Positions 8,891 through 11,363 of a stretch of DNA of 11,363 nt are shown piece by piece. The notes under the pieces were generated by a model. That model worked only from the letters and a program-made list of their open reading frames with translations, was not told the origin of the DNA and made no database searches. Origin of the DNA: a bacterium (GTDB lineage: Bacteria; Zhuqueibacterota; Zhuqueibacteria; Zhuqueibacterales; Zhuqueibacteraceae). Made by a program: the position numbers and the translations under genes. Every line of letters begins with the position of its first letter. Positions within the stretch are counted from its first letter, which is position 1. The stretch lies in assembly GCA_044869275.1 (NCBI GenBank), contig JBIOXB010000162.1, forward strand, positions 1 to 11,363. The letters run 5' to 3'.

Positions 8891-8981
8891 ATTACAAATG
8901 CAATCTTTGCAAAAAACAAAAACTTTCTGGACACCAAAAAGCTTCTCACAAAACTTTTTGTGTCAGTGCAATTTTGAGTCC
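8891..8981. repeat. intergenic palindromic element with U-tract, copy B (possible attenuator/terminator)
   Basis: The mRNA strand reads GACACAAAAAG-N12-CTTTTTG GTGTC (a stem with one bulge), followed by CAGAAAGTTTTTGTTTTTT. It shares TGGACAC.AAAA and TTTTG-N10-ATTTTGwGTCC with 5751-5842, and its flank with 7404-7442. Confidence 0.7.
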
Positions 8982-9025
8982 GCGCTGTGAATAAAGCAGG
9001 GACAAATTCATTTGGGGGAGGAAAT

Positions 9026-9379
9026 TCAGGCGCGAGGGATATGATCGATACCGCGCGACGGTGAGGTAAAGAGAGATTGCGGTTCTACGAAAGCATACGA
9101 GGCAGTGACGAATACTGCGGGGTAAAGATTGATGGGGTGAAGGTCAATGGCAAGATCACAGGTGCAATGGCACAAATCATCTTGACCGCGGTCGAAGGGA
9201 ATTGGGGAATGGCCGTGACTTAAAAGTAAGCTGCACAACAGAGTCTGGCAAATCTCATCTCCCTCGCCGAGCAAACAGTCGATGTCACCGCAGAAAAGCA
9301 AGCCGAGCACTTGCCAAAACAACATGGCAAGCACAAGGTGCGGCAACTTTTTTCTTATTGCGATAAATGATATCGTCAC
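9026..9379 (-). CDS. small exported/membrane Cys-rich protein, CzcI/DUF2946-like leader of the efflux operon
   Basis: 3' part of ORF 9026-9520. It has a basic-then-hydrophobic N-terminal segment (RKKLPHLVLAMLFWQVLGLLFC), a Cys/His cluster, CHCTC and C-terminal IDHIPRA. It lies directly upstream of czcC. GTG 9379 is preferred because a promoter overlaps ATG 9421, but the start is uncertain. Confidence 0.7.
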   Translation of the reverse strand: MTISFIAIRKKLPHLVLAMLFWQVLGLLFCGDIDCLLGEGDEICQTLLCSLLLSHGHSPIPFDRGQDDLCHCTCDLAIDLHPINLYPAVFVTASYAFVEPQSLFTSPSRGIDHIPRA

Positions 9380-9419
9380 GGCCAGTTCCAAGTAAAACCT
9401 GATGCTCAATTTATGCAAC

Positions 9420-9450
9420 ATGATAGTTAAATCTTGCCTAAGAAGCAAGA
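9420..9450 (-). promoter_or_regulatory. putative sigma70 promoter of the czc operon with an overlapping inverted-repeat operator
   Basis: TTGCTT (9448-9443), 17 bp spacer, TATCAT (9425-9420). The inverted repeat TCTTGC-N7-GCAAGA (9432-9450) covers the -35 box and spacer. Confidence 0.5.
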
Positions 9451-9535
9451 GTCTTGAGAATCTCGCCGTGCAAAATTTCAGCGTATCGCTGGCCCAGCGC
9501 GCTCGTGTTGCTGATTTCAACGCCTTCGAGCAATT

Positions 9536-9869
9536 TCAATTAATGAAAGAAGGGAGAAAAGCGCCAAGGGTTGCGACTGCCGCTCCTGGAAAACCGAGCT
9601 AAACATGTCCGATCAATGTTGCAGTCGAAAGAATGGGGCCCGGCGTGAACTGTCCGATGGCGATGGCATCGAGGAGTTGTTGCTGAGTGAGCCAGTGATA
9701 ATTCTCCACCAGTCCACCCTGCAAAAAGGCGACGAGCACGTATCCGCTGCCATAGAGGATCGCGCCGAGACGCGTTCGCTTTGCGGATAATCATGGTCAG
9801 GCATGATGTTGCTCGCGTGTTCGCAGCACCTCATCACTGGGAGAAAAACGGCTCAGCAATCTCTTTCAC
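9536..9869 (-). pseudogene. chrA: chromate efflux transporter (CHR family) pseudogene fragment
   Basis: A frame not in the ORF track (9769-9542) reads LGAILYGSGYVLVAFLQGGLVENYHWLTQQQLLDAIAIGQFTPGPILSTATLIGHV*LGFPGAAVATLGAFLPSF. This is the ChrA C-terminal-half signature (GSGYVL, WLT, GQxTPGP, FLPSF), with an in-frame TAG at 9601-9599. The extension to GTG 9869 (VKEIAEPFF, DEVLRTREQ and SNIMP in shifting frames) is more tentative. Confidence 0.88.
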
Positions 9870-9876
9870 GGTATCC

Positions 9877-11088
9877 TCATTCAAATTCCACTCCTCCCTC
9901 TACGTTCACCACCGCCTCCCTTTTCCCTTCGACTTGCAGCAGTTCGCCACTCTTGCCATCGAAAAACCTTACGCGCAAAGTCTCGCCTTTCAAGTCGAAC
10001 CTCACGAAGCCATAACGGCTTTGGCCTTTGGCATTGTCGGTATTGATCGGCCACGTCCATTCCCGTCCTGGCACTGGCGATCTGACCTCATTTACATTCG
10101 CGCCCGCGCCTGAAACGATATGAAGCTTCGGGCACTCGGCGCAATCACGATCTTTGTCAGGATAGTGAAGAAGCTGCAAGTTGTGCTCATGTCCGCTAAC
10201 AACGAGTTGCACGCGCACGCCGCTGCGCTGGATCACGGCCTGCACAGAATCGATGTAGGCTTGATAACGCAGGCCACAAACATCCTGCTGATCGAGCAGG
10301 TTGATCGCGTAACCGACTACATTCGAGTCGAGACTACATGGATTCAAATACCTCACGGCCATGACTGAATCATCCCACACGCTGTAGCCGCCGTGCGGCC
10401 CCACGCTGTAAAACGGATGATGCGTAAACAAGACGCGCCATTTGACGTTCGCATCCTGCTTGCGTCGCAGCAAAAGTTCGTGCAAACCCTTCAGTGCGGC
10501 ACCCCATTTCTCGGCTTTGGTGCGCAGCAATATTGCAGAGTCAAAAAAGATCATTTGCACGCGCCGATCGCTCGGACCGTATAGTCGCTCTTGCGGCAAG
10601 CCGTAATGATATGTCCACTCCGGAATCCGCGTCGCTTCGCGGCGATTACCCCGGCTGTCAATGCCATACGGCGCGGTTGCAATATCGATCAAACCGAAGA
10701 ATAGTCTTTTTTGTACCGCCAGAAAAGCATAGTAGTCATGATTGCCGGCGATCGCATGCACGTTTTCGGCGCCCAAGGGCCGCATGACCTCATACAAAGG
10801 CGAAAGCACCTCAGAGATTTTTTCATCAACTTCATGCTCGGGAACATTGAGGCCGATGGGATAAAAATTGTCGCCCAATACTACCATCACTTCGAAGCTG
10901 TCTTCTACAAGCAGGCGTTTCAAAGTATTGGCATTGTCTTCCAGAATATCTCCTCGTTCGCCGATATCGCCGATGGCAACAAAGGAGAAGTCGGAATGGG
11001 AAGGTTGGAAGGGCACGGAAGAGGGTGCACAACTGCAAAACAGAAGGCACAGAAGAGCATGGGCGCTCAAAAAAGATGTTCTATTCAT
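9877..11088 (-). CDS. calcineurin-like metallophosphoesterase (purple acid phosphatase-like), probable lipoprotein
   Basis: Metal-ligand motifs in order: GDIG, LGDNFY, GNHDY, THHP, SGHEH, then IVSGAG. N-terminal hydrophobic segment with a lipobox-like LFCSC. Start is ATG 11088 or GTG 11091. Confidence 0.9.
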   Translation of the reverse strand: MNRTSFLSAHALLCLLFCSCAPSSVPFQPSHSDFSFVAIGDIGERGDILEDNANTLKRLLVEDSFEVMVVLGDNFYPIGLNVPEHEVDEKISEVLSPLYEVMRPLGAENVHAIAGNHDYYAFLAVQKRLFFGLIDIATAPYGIDSRGNRREATRIPEWTYHYGLPQERLYGPSDRRVQMIFFDSAILLRTKAEKWGAALKGLHELLLRRKQDANVKWRVLFTHHPFYSVGPHGGYSVWDDSVMAVRYLNPCSLDSNVVGYAINLLDQQDVCGLRYQAYIDSVQAVIQRSGVRVQLVVSGHEHNLQLLHYPDKDRDCAECPKLHIVSGAGANVNEVRSPVPGREWTWPINTDNAKGQSRYGFVRFDLKGETLRVRFFDGKSGELLQVEGKREAVVNVEGGVEFE

Positions 11089-11106
11089 CACGAAGTCTCG
11101 TTCTGA

Positions 11107-11250
11107 TTACCGGAGCTCCAGTCTATCAATCTCATTCAAGGTATCGGGGTTGATGACTTTCATGGTCGCCCTCCTGCCATCTACACAAAAAAGGCAAACG
11201 GCATTTTCGACACTGAAAGCCGTAATCAAAAAAGCAGAGAGCCGTTTCAT
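11107..11250 (-). pseudogene. 47-aa ORF, probable internally deleted remnant of an exported metallophosphoesterase-like gene
   Basis: MKRLSAFLITAFSVENAVCLFCVDGRRATMKVINPDTLNEIDRLELR*. A signal-peptide-like start is joined to a segment resembling the C-terminal beta strands of metallophosphoesterases. It is tightly packed between its neighbours, and the in-frame ATG 11256 overlaps the upstream TGA. Confidence 0.4.
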
Positions 11251-11252
11251 GC

Positions 11253-11363
11253 TCATCCGGGGTGGAATGTGAGTGATTTAGGATGCTTAATGATCCGGTG
11301 ATACAGATGGCTGACGAACCAGGCTATCGGTATACTGAAAACGATAGGAGCTAAAACATCGGA
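11253..11363 (-). CDS. 3' end of a membrane protein, possibly PAP2-family phosphatase (5'-partial)
   Basis: Open frame from the edge: SDVLAPIVFSIPIAWFVSHLYHRIIKHPKSLTFHPG*. SDVLA followed by a hydrophobic helix resembles the end of the PAP2 C3 motif (H-x2-SDV). Only 36 codons are visible. Confidence 0.4.
   Translation of the reverse strand, partial: SDVLAPIVFSIPIAWFVSHLYHRIIKHPKSLTFHPG

Noticed and set aside
9380..9520. N-terminal extension of the 164-aa ORF (TTG 9520 / ATG 9421)
   Set aside because: It overlaps the predicted promoter and is simply the open continuation of the chrA remnant frame.
9540..9837. Track ORFs -9540-9794, -9613-9837 and +9605-9790
   Set aside because: They are alternate frames of the chrA pseudogene; the true homology is in the third minus frame.

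Overview
The core of the window is a minus-strand heavy-metal RND efflux operon from a diderm bacterium: a small Cys-rich CzcI/DUF2946-like leader gene, czcC (TolC family), czcB (periplasmic adaptor) and czcA (CzcA-type HME transporter). The adaptor has four unusual N-terminal C-x2-H-x6-C-x2-C-[H/D]-P repeats, three of which contain CxxCH. Ahead of each of the three structural genes (for czcB, ahead of its signal peptide) is a related hairpin plus U-tract repeat element. The operon is flanked by gene remnants missing from the ORF track: a truncated ynfA downstream, antisense to the 3' end of a convergent group II PLP-dependent decarboxylase, and an eroded chromate transporter chrA upstream. 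The left end is an AT-rich segment holding the 5' part of a Panacea/DUF4065 (SocA-like) antitoxin gene with a near-consensus sigma70 promoter. The right end has a lipoprotein metallophosphoesterase, a probable collapsed phosphoesterase remnant and the 3' end of a possible PAP2-type membrane protein. All family assignments come from motif recognition by eye; no database searches were run.
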